38,872 nucleotides of DNA, from NCBI GenBank assembly GCA_038143065.1, contig JAYQLI010000007.1, positions 1 through 38,872 of the forward strand, given 5' to 3'. Shown in pieces: positions 11,219 through 22,079 of this stretch. This DNA is from Rhodospirillales bacterium. GTDB lineage: Bacteria > Pseudomonadota > Alphaproteobacteria > Bin95. Each line of letters starts with the position of its first letter. Position 1 is the stretch's first letter. The notes beneath the pieces are model-generated. The model was not told the origin of the DNA and did no database searches. It worked only from the letters and a program-made list of their open reading frames with translations. Position numbers and translations under genes: made by a program.

Positions 11219-11413
11219 ATGTTGTCTCTAGATCATACGTAAGTTTGAGCAAGTCATTTTATAGTAAGTAACAATCAAAAGCATGCCGTACTGCTCAGAT
11301 TTTTTTAAAGAGCACGTTTACATACTAGTCGTTTTTTCACAATTCGGATGTCGTTTAAATTGGCGCGCGCCCTGACTGGATGCGTACGCTAAATATTGCC
11401 GATCGCGGAGGGT

Positions 11414-12407
11414 ATGATGCCAGAACATTCCAAAACCTCATCAAATTCAAATTGGAATTATCATCCAGATTTACCATTGGCTGATAATTCTATATTCAAG
11501 TGGCCACCAGATCCAAGCTTCGCAGCCAACTGGCTCAGAACTAACTGGTTAAGCCTATCCGAACGTGTTCTGATGTTGCTGCTCGCCATTTTACTATGGT
11601 TTTGGTTTTATCCAGATTTGGAAGCCGCTAAGGAATATTCTTCTGGTTGGATAGCCCAAGTTTGGATAATCAACCTTGCCCTGGTAGGCAGTATTGCCGG
11701 AGGGCTGCATCTTTGGTTCATAAAGTACAAGAAGCAAAACAAGAGCCTTAAATTTGACCGTCGCGACCAAGGAAAAAATAACAAACTTTGGAGTTTCTCT
11801 GATCAGGTTAAAGACAATATGTTTTGGTCGCTTGGCTCAGGCGTTACTCAACTAACCGCCTTTCAAGCGGTTACAATGTGGATGATGGCCAATGGATATG
11901 CGCCTACCGTAACGCTCAGCTCAAATCCTATTTGGTTTCTTCTGGCATTTCTTCTGCTGCCGATATGGTCGGCCTTTCATTTTTATTGGGTGCACAGGCT
12001 GTTACATGTTCCGCTCCTTTACAGAAAAGTGCACTCTCTACATCATCGCAACGTCAACATTGGCCCATGGTCTGGATTATCCATGCATCCAGTTGAGCAT
12101 TTTCTTTATTTGTCATCCCTATGCATTCACTGGTTTGTTGCCAGTCATCCAATACACTTAATTTTCCATATTATTTACCAAGGGCCTGGTGCCGCTATGA
12201 CCCATACAGGTTATGAAGATCTGCTAATCAAAGACAAACGCCGATTAGCATTAGGGACGTTCTATCACCAACTGCATCACCGCTATTACGAATGCAACTA
12301 GTGGTAATCAAGAAATGCCTTGGGATAGATGGTTTGGAACTTTTAATGACGGAACTGAGGAAGCAACGCGTGTCACCCGTGAACGCAAGAAAACGATGCA
12401 TACATAA
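11414..12407 (+). CDS. Sterol desaturase / fatty acid hydroxylase family protein (frameshift near 12300)
   Basis: His boxes HFYWVHRLLH, HSLHH and YHQLHH; continuation ECN(Y)GNQEMPWDRWFGTF after a 1-nt indel. Confidence 0.88.
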
Positions 12408-12558
12408 ACTACATCAAAATCTTAAACGCTTAGATTTTATAGCCGTATCCAACCATAGGATATGCAATATTGGCAAAAAACCTTTCATAGTGGCACTGAA
12501 GGATCTAGCGGTTTTAAACTGTTGAATGTGTATGGGGAGTAATTGAACGGTGACCAAC

Positions 12559-13577
12559 ATGAATTCTCGAATAAATAGACCAGCAATGGGAATTGCTACG
12601 CTAGTAAGTTCTCAAAACAAAAGAACCTATTGGGAATTTCTCAATACGTTTGAAGCTGGTAATTTGCAGGCAATAGAACTCGGTGTGAACGAAATTTTTA
12701 GTGAGGTCGCGGAAATAAATGGTAGCCATCCGATTAATGAAGCAGAACCTGGAATTGGATATTATTCAGATATAATTGCACCTATTGCGCAGTCACTGGA
12801 TGGGTTTACCCGCCAAAATTACATTGTTCTTGCAGGAGAATACCAAGGCTCCGAGTGGGTTACTTCTACGGGCTATTTTTACGGACACTTTCGAAAACCA
12901 ATGTTCGGTATTCTTCCAAGCAACAAAATGGCATTTTTGCGTTTTGGCGAATTTCATAAAATGGAAGATGGGAAAATCACTGAAACATATGTGTATTTGG
13001 GTCTTGCAGAATTAATTATCGCGTTGGGTCGATGGCCATTGGCATCTAGCAGCGGATATGAAGGCCTAGTTCCTGGGCCCGCCACGCATGACGGCATCCT
13101 TATTGAAAGTTCCAAACCAAATATATCAAGAGCCAGCGCCGACTTGGTAGAGGGAATGCTTAAAAAATTAGCAACCGAAGACGCTCAATGGAAACCTTAT
13201 TGGAGCAATAATATGGTCTGGTATGGTCAGGTGGACTGGGCACATACTCAACTATTGATGCTTTTGACACATTTCAGCGCCCATTCGAGAAAAACCTTTG
13301 CAGGCTGGGGTGATGGAAAAGAAGATGGAATCACTGGGGTTAGTGCTGACTGCAAGGCAGGAGACGGCGAATACGCATTTCTTCATGGTTGGAAAATGAT
13401 CACGGTGTTCATGTGAAACCATTTCTTGGCATTGAGCCTACAGGCAACCGAGTATTCATGCGTGATTGTGATTGGTGGAGATGTTCAAACGGTAAAATAC
13501 TTGAAAACTGGTGTATGCTGGACACATTGCATCTTGCTTTACAGTTGGGCAGGGATGTCATTAGCGAAATATCATAA
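12559..13577 (+). CDS. Two-domain SnoaL-like (ester/polyketide cyclase, NTF2-like) protein, frameshifted
   Basis: Two NTF2-like halves: GHF..PMFGILPS..MAFLRFGEFHKMEDGKITE and HVKPFLGIEPTG..MRDCDWWRC.NGKILENWCMLD. Confidence 0.75.
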
Positions 13578-13804
13578 CGACAGAATAATGTCTTCGGCAA
13601 ACCCATCACCAAGAAAAGTAGTCATCGAAATTCCGGAAAGGCTAAGGTCAGTTGTAATGTCCGTAAACAGAAGAAAGAACTGTGTCCTCCCAATAGGGTT
13701 AAGACACAGTGTTTGACCCTGCAATCGCGCCCAACGAACACGCAAAAAAGTGTGTGTTTGGTGTGTTTTTGAAATACACACGCATAGCGTTAGTATCGAA
13801 AAAT

Positions 13805-13817
13805 TAAGTCATTGATA
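13805..13817 (-). promoter_or_regulatory. IHF-binding consensus next to an att site
   Basis: Reverse complement TATCAATGACTTA matches WATCAANNNNTTR; 12 nt from the tRNA CCA end. Confidence 0.6.
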
Positions 13818-13829
13818 TTGCTTCTAAAA

Positions 13830-13899
13830 TGGTGCCCGGGGGCGGATTTGAACCACCGACACGAGGATTTTCAGTCCACTGCTCTACCCCTGAGCTACC
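13830..13899 (-). pseudogene. 5'-truncated tRNA-Phe(GAA) copy, likely an att-site duplication
   Basis: Reverse complement GGTAGCTCAGGGGTAGAGCAGTGGACTGAAAATCCTCGTGTCGGTGGTTCAAATCCGCCCCCGGGCACCA has D, anticodon (GAA) and T arms plus CCA, but lacks the first ~5 nt of the acceptor stem (GCCCG); integrase starts 68 nt away. Confidence 0.85.
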
Positions 13900-13938
13900 T
13901 CATTAAATCATATACTTAGCTTAATTGACAAAGCCCTT

Positions 13939-13956
13939 GTCACAATTGGGTCACAA
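13939..13956 (+). repeat. Putative integrase arm-type sites (GTCACAA x2, 11-nt period)
   Basis: Direct repeat at 13939 and 13950, between the tRNA-Phe fragment and the integrase start. Confidence 0.5.
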
Positions 13957-13967
13957 GGGAAAGTTTA

Positions 13968-14943
13968 ATGGGCCAGTATTCGTAGGAGAAACGGAAAGTT
14001 TCAGGCACAAGTCAGAAGATTAGGGACCACATCCAATTAGCAGAACATTTACCCATAAAAAGGATGCCTAGTTTGGGTACGAGGTATTGAAGCGCGAATT
14101 GATGTAGGTGAAAACCAACATTGCACTCTAAGACAGGTCACTTTGGGCGACGTAATGGAACGATACAGTCGTGGAAATTACGCCTCACAAGAAAGGGTGC
14201 CAGCCAGAACAGAGGCGGCTGTTCCGCCTATCTAAAGACGCCATAGCTAAAATACCGCTATCCAAGTTAACGAGTACGAAGCTCGCGACCTTCAGAGATC
14301 GTAGAATTCAGGATGTGTGAGAGCTGCACAATACGACCTTATCTTAATTAGGGGCATGCACTTAAGATCGCACGGTTAGAATGGGGTATTTCACTGCCGT
14401 CCAACCCTGTAGATAATATCCGTGTTCCAAACGGAATTAGACGGCGGAAAGGCGCCCAGAGGATGGCGAATATCAGAAGTTAAAGCACGCTGCGCAAAAT
14501 TGCAGAAACCAATACACATATGGCCGGTGGTTGAATTCGCTCTTGAGACTGCGATGAGACGCAGTGAAAATACTTTCATTGCAGTGGCAGAATACGGATC
14601 TGATGCTGGTTTAGCAATCCTTCTTGATACTAAAAATGGATCTAAGAGAAAGGTGCCGCTTACGCGTAGAGCTCGCTGTGTAATCAGTCAATTGCCTGAC
14701 TGCTCCAGTATTGTTTTCAACACTACGGACTATTCTATCGCCATGGCTGGGACCGTTTGGGTGAAGCGGGCAGGGATAAAAAACTTAAGGTTTCACGATC
14801 TTAGACATGAGGCCGTATCTAGATTATTTGAAGCTGGATTGAGCGTGCCTGAAGTAGCGCTAGTCAGTGGACATAAAGATTTTAGAATGCTTGCCAGATA
14901 TACTCACATGAAAGCTGAAACTTTGCGCCTGAGGATCATTTGA
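13968..14943 (+). CDS. Tyrosine recombinase/integrase, heavily frameshifted
   Basis: N-terminus MASIRRRNGKFQAQVRR; ETAMRRSE (R), DTKNG (K), FHDLRHEAVSRLFE (HxxR), SGHKD..ML.RYTH (H, Y). Confidence 0.88.
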
Positions 14944-15138
14944 AAAATAATTCAGGCAATCTTCTTATTAGCAACATATTAACAACGTGTACCTATTTTT
15001 TGACCAAAATATTAACTATGCTCAATTAAATGGCTCATATATCGAGTGTACTATTACAAGAACAGATTACCGCAAACGTAAATATTGACGAAAAATTGGG
15101 TAGGCGCTGTAGTTAACTCTTCTAATCAGGAGACTGTA

Positions 15139-15595
15139 ATGAAGAAGATTGTTACTGCCGCGCTAATAGCGGCTGTTCGTTATCATTCGCAGGTGGCCAT
15201 GGGGATTTAGGTGGACATGGAACTGGCGTCACAATTCGATACCCATGTTATGGAAGGAAAAGACTGGCGGTCTTGTCATGCAGACCACTCAGATGTATGG
15301 ATTTGGGACAATCCACCAGAAGGATTTCCAGCAGCATCGACAGCAACCTGCAACCAATACATAGCATTTGAGTTTCCCCGCACCCCATTGGTGGGGTGTT
15401 CGTATGCAGATCAGTAGATCCAGACGGTGACGTGTCGCTAAATACTGGAGCGTTTCAACCAGATGGTTCAGCTATGATTACGAGCATTGCAGCAACTGGC
15501 AAATGGGCAGCATATGTTGAGCTAGCTGGATTGGCAAAACCACTATCCAAGCCGGTGAAAACGGAACAGTATACACTTTTACACCCACAAATTAG
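15139..15595 (+). CDS. Secreted hypothetical protein (frameshifted)
   Basis: RBS AGGAG, signal peptide MKKIVTAALIAA...FAGGH; continues through ORF pieces 15211-15417 and 15396-15659 to ..YTFTPTN*. Confidence 0.55.
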
Positions 15596-15639
15596 ACAAC
15601 AAAGAGCGAGCAGGACGCAATCTGCTCCTTTACATTTTT

Positions 15640-16064
15640 CTAAAATGTTGCTAAGTTAGCCATAGTCTTTTTTTCGAGCTTCTCAGACAGTGCCGTAGTG
15701 ATCTCATCTTCAGATCTTTCTACCTCAGGCACTTCCTTGGGCTTGAACAAACCCAAGTTCTTACCCAGCAGCTCGATGGCCTTTAGCTTTGCTGATACGG
15801 GGCCTTCACCAAAAGCCACTGCTTCGAGCTCTTTCAATATTCTCTTCTCGTGAGAGCGCCTGTATGCGCTGTCTGTGGGCCTTTTCTGCCTCCAGCTCGA
15901 TTATCCTTGCAGCCACCTTGGGGTGCCTCCTGAGCCGCGAGGATTCCTCCCAGACAGTCTTTGGCGCCATATTATGAGAACTGTAGGCAGATCTGTAAGC
16001 CTTGGTCTGCGAAAGACCATCAGACACTTGTTGTGCAAACTCCATTCTGCTTCGCTGTGATCAT
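15640..16064 (-). CDS. Terminase small subunit (HTH-type), frameshifted
   Basis: MITAKQ.EFAQQV.DGLSQTKAYRSAY..NM..KTVWEESSRL..HPKVAARI.EL, then AKLKAIELLGKNLGLF; characteristic TerS pattern. Confidence 0.72.
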
Positions 16065-16073
16065 ACTCTTAAC

Positions 16074-17772
16074 CTAGTTGCAGTACGTATAATTACCCAT
16101 GGTATTGCAGAACACGCCGCCATTTAAACCGCCAGTTGATGGTGCTGGAAATGAGGGTGTCTGCAATAGGCCTTGGCCTAGATTTAATAGCATATTTGAT
16201 TGGTTTTGTCTTCTTTGCTGCTCATAAGATAAGCACTGCAAATATTCCTGCGTACCCGGTGAAAACCCATTACTCACGCATTTCTTACCATCACGAGAAA
16301 GGTTGGCAGTTGATACCGGTTTCTGCTGAACGACTTTCTTTTTTACAGTCGCAAAACGGCTTGGCACCTCCACCTTCGCAATAAGACTTGGATAGATCGC
16401 TGAAGGAAGAGTTATGTCGCGCTCATTAGAAACATAATTGACCAGTGCTCTGTTAGTGCCCTTGCCCCACAAGCCATCAACTGAACTGCCGTAATATCCT
16501 AGCTGCTTAAGCGCATATTGGATCTGCTTTCTTTCAGTTAGGCTCTGGCTGACAAAATACGCTCTAAGTTCTGACGAGGTCGGTTCTACCCTTGTGGGCT
16601 TTTGTACCTGCTGTGTTTTTACCTTTGGCGCCACTGGCATAACTGCTCCACAGTCCACGTAACGGCTTTGTATGCAGCTCAAAGCCATCGTCCGGGCTTT
16701 TTCCACTGCCGCAGGGAGTCATTGACTGCTGAATAGCTTTACGGCGCTCAGGAGCCTCCCATTGCCGTTCAACGCGGATATATTGAACTACATATGGGCT
16801 AGTGTTGGATATCCAGAGCACCCAGACCTTCCTCATACATCTTACCCAAATAAAATTGAGCGTCAGCGTTTCCACAACAGCGAGAACCTGACTTAATTCA
16901 AAAGCTGTATTGTACTTACCAGACCCGAAAGCGACGGGTTGCAGCAGCAATTCCTTCAAGCACACCACATTCAAGCCCACGGGTTTTTTGCAGCACCTAT
17001 ATGCGCTCTAAACTTGGGATTATTTTGCCATTGCACAACACCACTGTCCGCTTTGGTAGCTAGAGCACAAATCTCATCATCTCGACATGCGGTTGGGTTA
17101 GAAGAACAACTGACAGGCTCTTTGATCTCCGCCACGTTGCATGAATAGCCCTTCTTCTTGGCAGCATCAGCGAAGGAATTTGTGTCCCATTGAAGTTGGC
17201 CATTGACCGATTGAGTTGCGTTAGAACAAAGCTGCGCTGCAATATGACGTGGAAGTAGTATATGAACATTCTGCTTCAAGATTATTTTTGCGCTCCAAAA
17301 CTGCATTCAATAAAGCTTCTACGTTCTCTTTCTTTTTCAAGTCAGCGGCTGAAAAATGCGCCTTATTGAATTGTCCTAAGGCTGTTGAAGTTCTTTTCCC
17401 ATAAAGGCCATCAACTTTTGAGGTATAGAGGCCTTTTCCTTCAAAACCTCTTGAACTAATTTTCGATCCTCTTTGGTTAACGTAATGAATGCTGTCCTCA
17501 AAGGTGTAGGTTTAACGGCACCAACGCCACAAGTTAAACCTCTACGTTTTGCTTCTTGAACAAATCTTTGCCAATAACCATCGCTCCACTTTTTCCCAAT
17601 TGCCCACGTCTCCGTAGCATAAGAGCAGACTGCGGAAGCCGTGCATTTGCGCAGCGAAAATTGTGGGTCTTCATGGTCACAAATCTTAGCGCCATAGCTT
17701 GGTGAAGAGATTATTGCAGATCCTACAAATACAGCCCCGCAGTAACTATGCAAAATACAAGTTTTCTTCATG
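16074..17772 (-). CDS. Large exported protein with Cys-containing repeats and two peptidoglycan-binding (PG_binding_1-like) domains, frameshifted
   Basis: Signal-like N-terminus; repeats C..AT...W.....EAKRRGLTCGV / AAKKKGYSCNV; PG-binding motifs RKLVQEVLKEK..DGLYGK and RKQIQYALKQLGYYGSSVDGLWGKGT. Confidence 0.6.
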
Positions 17773-17917
17773 AAGAAACTAAAACAAAATCCAGCTTTTT
17801 GTGGAGGCAATTTTTAGCGGCGCCGTCATTAAACGGCGCCCCAAATTTAAGCTACCTCTCGAACAGAATAACTGACGCCCACATTTTCAGCCTGTACCAG
17901 CTTAATAGCCAAACTTA

Positions 17918-18255
17918 TCAGACTAATGACTTGATGGTGTTCTGTTTCTGAGCGTCATTAAACAATCCAACATTACGATAGTCTGAGAACAAGCCCAGCG
18001 CAGAGCGGAGGAACCAAAATGGCTCTTGCAACTCACCGCGCACCAAGGTCGCCCCTGACGTAATTAGGTTGGTCAGATACATGCTCTGCAGGAACCTCGA
18101 ACACAGGCATACCAGCGGCATAGAGTGCACCATTGATGCAATAGGCATCCTTTGCGCAAATATACCTTACACCACCGCTTAGGGTCTCTGAGGATCTCCA
18201 GAGCGCCCTGTAAGTGGCGCTCTGTGACGGTGTTATTTGGGAGGAAGTGTATCAT
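17918..18255 (-). CDS. Small phage-like hypothetical protein (DUF6197-like), frameshifted
   Basis: LQGALEILRDPKRW..., YCINGALYAAG pattern across frames; family call is tentative. Confidence 0.35.
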
Positions 18256-18445
18256 TTGTATTTCCTTTCTGCTTGGATCCGTATGAAGGGTTTATTGGTC
18301 TGGGCAGTGTTGGGGTTGGGTACGGTTTCCATAACCTCTTGCCCTTGCTCAGGGCGTTTAGCTTGTTGAGATGTATCTCAGCAGTGCTCACGCCAAAGCC
18401 ACGCGTCCTCATAGAGGAGCGGCGTTTATGTTGATTTTCAGTCAT
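18233..18445 (-). CDS. Small basic phage-like hypothetical protein
   Basis: RBS GGAGA, ORF of about 70 aa (RTRGFGVS..LNKLNAL.KGK) overlapping the next gene. Confidence 0.45.
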   Translation of the reverse strand: MTENQHKRRSSMRTRGFGVSTAEIHLNKLNALSKGKRLWKPYPTPTLPRPINPSYGSKQKGNTNDTLPPK

Positions 18446-18637
18446 GATTTTTCTCCATCAGAGCAAGACTAGAGATGCCATGAAATGGCGATCTCGCTTG
18501 CAGCTAATGGAGTTCAGATAAATGTGCTGTTTACATCTATTACAGTTCTTCGATACACCAATTACAGAAAATTTACAAGCCAACGCGGACTAGTTTTTAA
18601 AAACACACCAGTGTGAGAATTTGAGCTTAAGATTAAC

Positions 18638-19238
18638 TTAGCATGTCCAATAAATCTCAATTCTTATCGGCGTTGGATTATAACCATTGCAGGGATTATG
18701 CATCTGAGGGCAGTTGGACAGCACAGCCAAAGTGTCTGTCTTGGCCAGCAGTGTTACATAGCTCTTTGGTTTAAGAGTTACATTATCGACGCCAGCGGAT
18801 CCATCTTCCAAAACAGGAACCGACATAAACCAATTTATATTGGGAACTATAGCCTCTTTACCCATCCCGTTTTTTGATAAGCTCAGCCTGAAAGTTATCG
18901 TAGCAGGACTCCGTCGTTTCAACGCCATATCTGAGCTTGTTGTTAGGATTGCTGCAGCAGCCATAAATAGTGTCATGCCGCCCAATAGTGTCTTCCACCA
19001 CCTCAAGTAACTGGGTGCCACTATCAGAGTACAATACACTGCCTAATCCTACATAGACATTACCCTGAACTTTAACCGTGTTAGTAGCTGAATATCGATC
19101 TGAGCGATCAACATTATTATAGCAGAGAAAGTCTACGGCTTGTTGACCTTCAAGGTCAGTTATCTTCAGGCGTTGGCCCTCTTTTACAACTCCTGACCAT
19201 GAAGTTTTAGCTGCGACCTCTTCTTCGTAAATACCCAA
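18638..19238 (-). CDS. DUF1989 / urea-carboxylase-associated family protein (frameshift near 18860)
   Basis: ITDLEGQQAVDF, GRHDTIYGCCS, SCYDNF, NINWFMSVPV, SNCPQMHNPCNGYNPTP; RBS AAGGAG. Confidence 0.88.
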
Positions 19239-19407
19239 ATTTTCACTCCTTCTATCTCTTAATTCAGGGATATCAGATTTTCAAAATAGAACCACATCTA
19301 GGGCCCATTTGTTCATGCATAGTTTTACATAAAGCCCTACAAAATCTAGGGAGTGGCCCTAGGGATGGCGCTACTTTATCTAACAGCAAGCGATAACAGA
19401 GTTCGCT

Positions 19408-19860
19408 TTATAATTCACGTTCTGAAAGAGATAATATAACTTTTTCAATTCTTTCCATGACAGCTGCTTCCTCAAAACGCTCTGAAATGCATCCATTATC
19501 TGAAAGCCAGTTGAGCTTTGAATTGGTGAAAATTTCAATGTCGGGTTCATGCTTCGTGCTATCATCAAGAGTTCCAATAGGAATAATGGCTAACCCTTCA
19601 ATAACCTCAACACTGTAGAAGGCTTTCGTGGAGCAGTTAGGACAAAAAAATAGCTCAATATCTCCTCCGCTCCCTCCGTTGTAGGTATATTTTTTTAAGT
19701 CACCGGAAACTTCGATTTCTTCTTGCGAAAAAATACCCGTTACGGACAAAACGCTGTATAGTTTCCTGCAACTTGTACAATTACATTGGTTAATAAGCAT
19801 TGGGGCATAATTCGATTTAATTTCGATACTGCCACAATGGCATGAACCAATTTTCTTCAT
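19408..19860 (-). CDS. GFA family (CENP-V/GFA) zinc protein
   Basis: GSCHCG, CNCTSCRK and FCPNC motifs. Confidence 0.9.
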   Translation of the reverse strand: MKKIGSCHCGSIEIKSNYAPMLINQCNCTSCRKLYSVLSVTGIFSQEEIEVSGDLKKYTYNGGSGGDIELFFCPNCSTKAFYSVEVIEGLAIIPIGTLDDSTKHEPDIEIFTNSKLNWLSDNGCISERFEEAAVMERIEKVILSLSEREL

Positions 19861-19932
19861 TTTATATCTCCAAAACCGCTATCTGCTTAGGGATTGTAAT
19901 CAGCAGTACAATGAGTTTGGTGCGCATAAGGT

Positions 19933-20307
19933 TTATTCCCATTTATCACCTTCAGCAGGGTACTGACGCATAATTTCATCGGAGGCCCGATAAGCTGACA
20001 CAAATTGGTGCATCTCGCTGACCCTGGAATTAACCACTGTGCCTTCAAGTTCAAAGGCATTCAGTTGCTGATAAACATCATCTTCACTTTCAGCAATCCA
20101 GTGACAGTAAAAGAAGTCATCGTTTCCACACCAAGTCTGCATACATTGAGCGTGTTCGCCAATCGCTTCTACTGCCCACTGCAATTCTGACTTTTGTGGT
20201 TGGGGCGGATTACGTTTTTCAGGCGGCGTTAAATATTCTTGACGCGCCTCATCAGATACAAATGAGTGGATAACAAAAAAATGTTTAGAAAAGCGTTCCT
20301 TGAGCAT
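19933..20307 (-). CDS. Small hypothetical protein, probable dimeric alpha+beta barrel (DUF4242-like)
   Basis: Clean 124-aa ORF; FFVIH...QTW....FFYCHWIAESEDDV pattern. Confidence 0.6.
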   Translation of the reverse strand: MLKERFSKHFFVIHSFVSDEARQEYLTPPEKRNPPQPQKSELQWAVEAIGEHAQCMQTWCGNDDFFYCHWIAESEDDVYQQLNAFELEGTVVNSRVSEMHQFVSAYRASDEIMRQYPAEGDKWE

Positions 20308-20451
20308 ATTTCAACCTTCATTTTGTTTGCTTGTGATGAGCCCGTTTAGATATTTTTAGAATTTTTTTAAGCCCCCGTGAACTTAACCTTATAAGTTGTG
20401 GAGGCTCTTTTCGTTCCAAATCCAAATGCAAAATGCGTAGATTTTTACTAG

Positions 20452-20766
20452 CTAATGTTTCATGTGAGCGTCTGGATAATTGGTAAAATATTCTTCTGAT
20501 ATTGGTGTCATTACGCCGCTTTCAATTACGGCACCGCCTTGCCTTCTAATTTCAGTCAACTCTGCATCAGAACCAAAGGCTTGAAGCACTTCCATGCTAG
20601 GAAACATCATAATTGCATGAAGTTGAGTAGGATCATTCTTCTCAGTACCAGCAAACAGAAACTTAATTCCCATTTCTTTAATTCTGTCTTCTTGTGACTT
20701 TACCATCGCTTGCCAAGTATCAAAACCTTTTGAAAGTTTTATTGAACTTTTCACTATAATTGCCAT
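20452..20766 (-). CDS. DUF3764-like dimeric alpha+beta barrel protein
   Basis: RBS GGAGAGG; K.FDTW..M......MGIKFLFAG.EKNDPT...IM.FPS.E.LQAF pattern. Confidence 0.65.
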   Translation of the reverse strand: MAIIVKSSIKLSKGFDTWQAMVKSQEDRIKEMGIKFLFAGTEKNDPTQLHAIMMFPSMEVLQAFGSDAELTEIRRQGGAVIESGVMTPISEEYFTNYPDAHMKH

Positions 20767-20886
20767 TTCCCTCTCCGATCGGCCAAACGTAATTAGTTTT
20801 GAAGGCTGGTCAGGCGAAAAGCAATCATAACGTGGCGTTATCGATGCTTTGTATCATATTCAGAATAATACTTATGAGTACGCCGC

Positions 20887-21204
20887 TCATTTGGTAAGTT
20901 GGTTTTCTTCTTCTATAATATTTGTGCCAAATTGAATGAGCATATCGCCTTCCAAGACCACGGTATCTTTTAAATGCTTGCTAAAAATATCTGTCTGCAG
21001 TCCTTTTTTACGTATCTCATGTCCAGCCAAACGCGCTTTTTCATTTTGATAAACAGTTATGCCCACACCGCTAGCTACACCCGTTTTCACGAAAACAGTC
21101 TGCTCAGTGTTTGGATACGGCCCATGAGCCTGCCAAGCAGCCACAAATGCTTCCAGACTATCAGCGCTGTTAAATTCAAACATCATTATATTGGAGACTT
21201 TCAT
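20887..21204 (-). CDS. Small hypothetical protein, probable ferredoxin-like/dimeric alpha+beta barrel
   Basis: ORF with FVKTG...GITVYQNE..R..G....LEGD pattern similar to 23238-23522. Confidence 0.55.
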   Translation of the reverse strand: MKVSNIMMFEFNSADSLEAFVAAWQAHGPYPNTEQTVFVKTGVASGVGITVYQNEKARLAGHEIRKKGLQTDIFSKHLKDTVVLEGDMLIQFGTNIIEEENQLTK

Positions 21205-21270
21205 CGGATCCAAAGCTCCAATTGTTTTAAAAATTTTACATTCAATTCTATTGACATGTTTAGCACGAGG

Positions 21271-21564
21271 TTAGTTCTGCCCAGTTATGTATGACGGCTC
21301 CTGCTCAACAAAAGCCGTGTAAGGGCGCGTATGTCCCTCCTCTGGTGAATACTCTTCTAACATATATCTATGATCATCAAGCCAATCTTAAGCTTCCGAT
21401 TGCTGCTCAGCCAACTTTTCAACGCTTGGCTGCAACCAAATTTCAATGACTTCATCATCGCGAGTAAGTATGTAGCTTTCTGGGGAACTCTTTTTTAGCG
21501 CCTCTACATACTGTTCGAAATATTCTGGTTTTGGCTTGAAATAAACCATTGTCATGGTCTTCAT
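21271..21564 (-). CDS. Small hypothetical protein (ABM-like), frameshift near 21388
   Basis: RBS AGGAG; MKTMTMVYFKPKPEYFEQYVEALK...; continuation DWLDDHRYMLEEYSPEEGHTRPYTAFV. Confidence 0.6.
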
Positions 21565-22079
21565 TAAAAGGCTCCTATGATTTGCCTCAGAATAACGCGC
21601 TGTGGCGATATGTGGAGTCATTGTTTGAACACTTGCGCGCGCCTGTGTTTGTATTGCGCCAATACCTGCCATGTGGGGTGTTCCACAGGTGGAACTAATC
21701 CCAATTATGTATGAGCATTCCGCCTATTTTCTGCTGGTATCAACCTTAATTGTACAATTTAGAGTAACTCAATGCGCAGCGTTTTTCACGAGGTCCTTGA
21801 ATAAAAATTAAGCAGATCGCCAGAATTTTAATTTGTTACGTTAGGTGACATTTTTTGTGACGTCAGGTAACACTTTGCCATTCAAATGGGTGTACCAACT
21901 GTAGGATGAGACATGAACCGACCAGTTACTGTTTCATCGGCCGGCTTTCACCAATGTTTGGGGAAGCCGGTCTTCCTTTAAAAAGCGCGCGCCCTTCATA
22001 TATTGTAGTTAGCAACTGGCTGGCCTTCCCTATAGGACAGTCATTTTTACTATAGTACCCTAGCCCCCTGCCTGCGTCG

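Noticed and set aside
13830-13899. Functional tRNA-Phe gene
   Set aside because: The 5' acceptor strand is missing (AATGAGG instead of GCCCGGG), so it is treated as an att duplication.
13759-18610. 12-bp inverted match TGGTGTGTTTTT (13759-13770) / AAAAACACACCA (18599-18610) as element ends
   Set aside because: Low-complexity sequence with no target duplication or transposase; may be chance.
19240-19400. Guanidine riboswitch upstream of the DUF1989 gene
   Set aside because: CTAGGG motifs are present, but the conserved ykkC core and 3' elements, and the mini-ykkC ACGR hairpins, could not be found on the coding strand.
19240-21900. Terminase-type flanks around the left (minus-strand) block of small genes
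   Set aside because: Manual inspection of these spacers showed no terS/terL remnants or shared repeat, so the array claim is restricted to 22080-25045.
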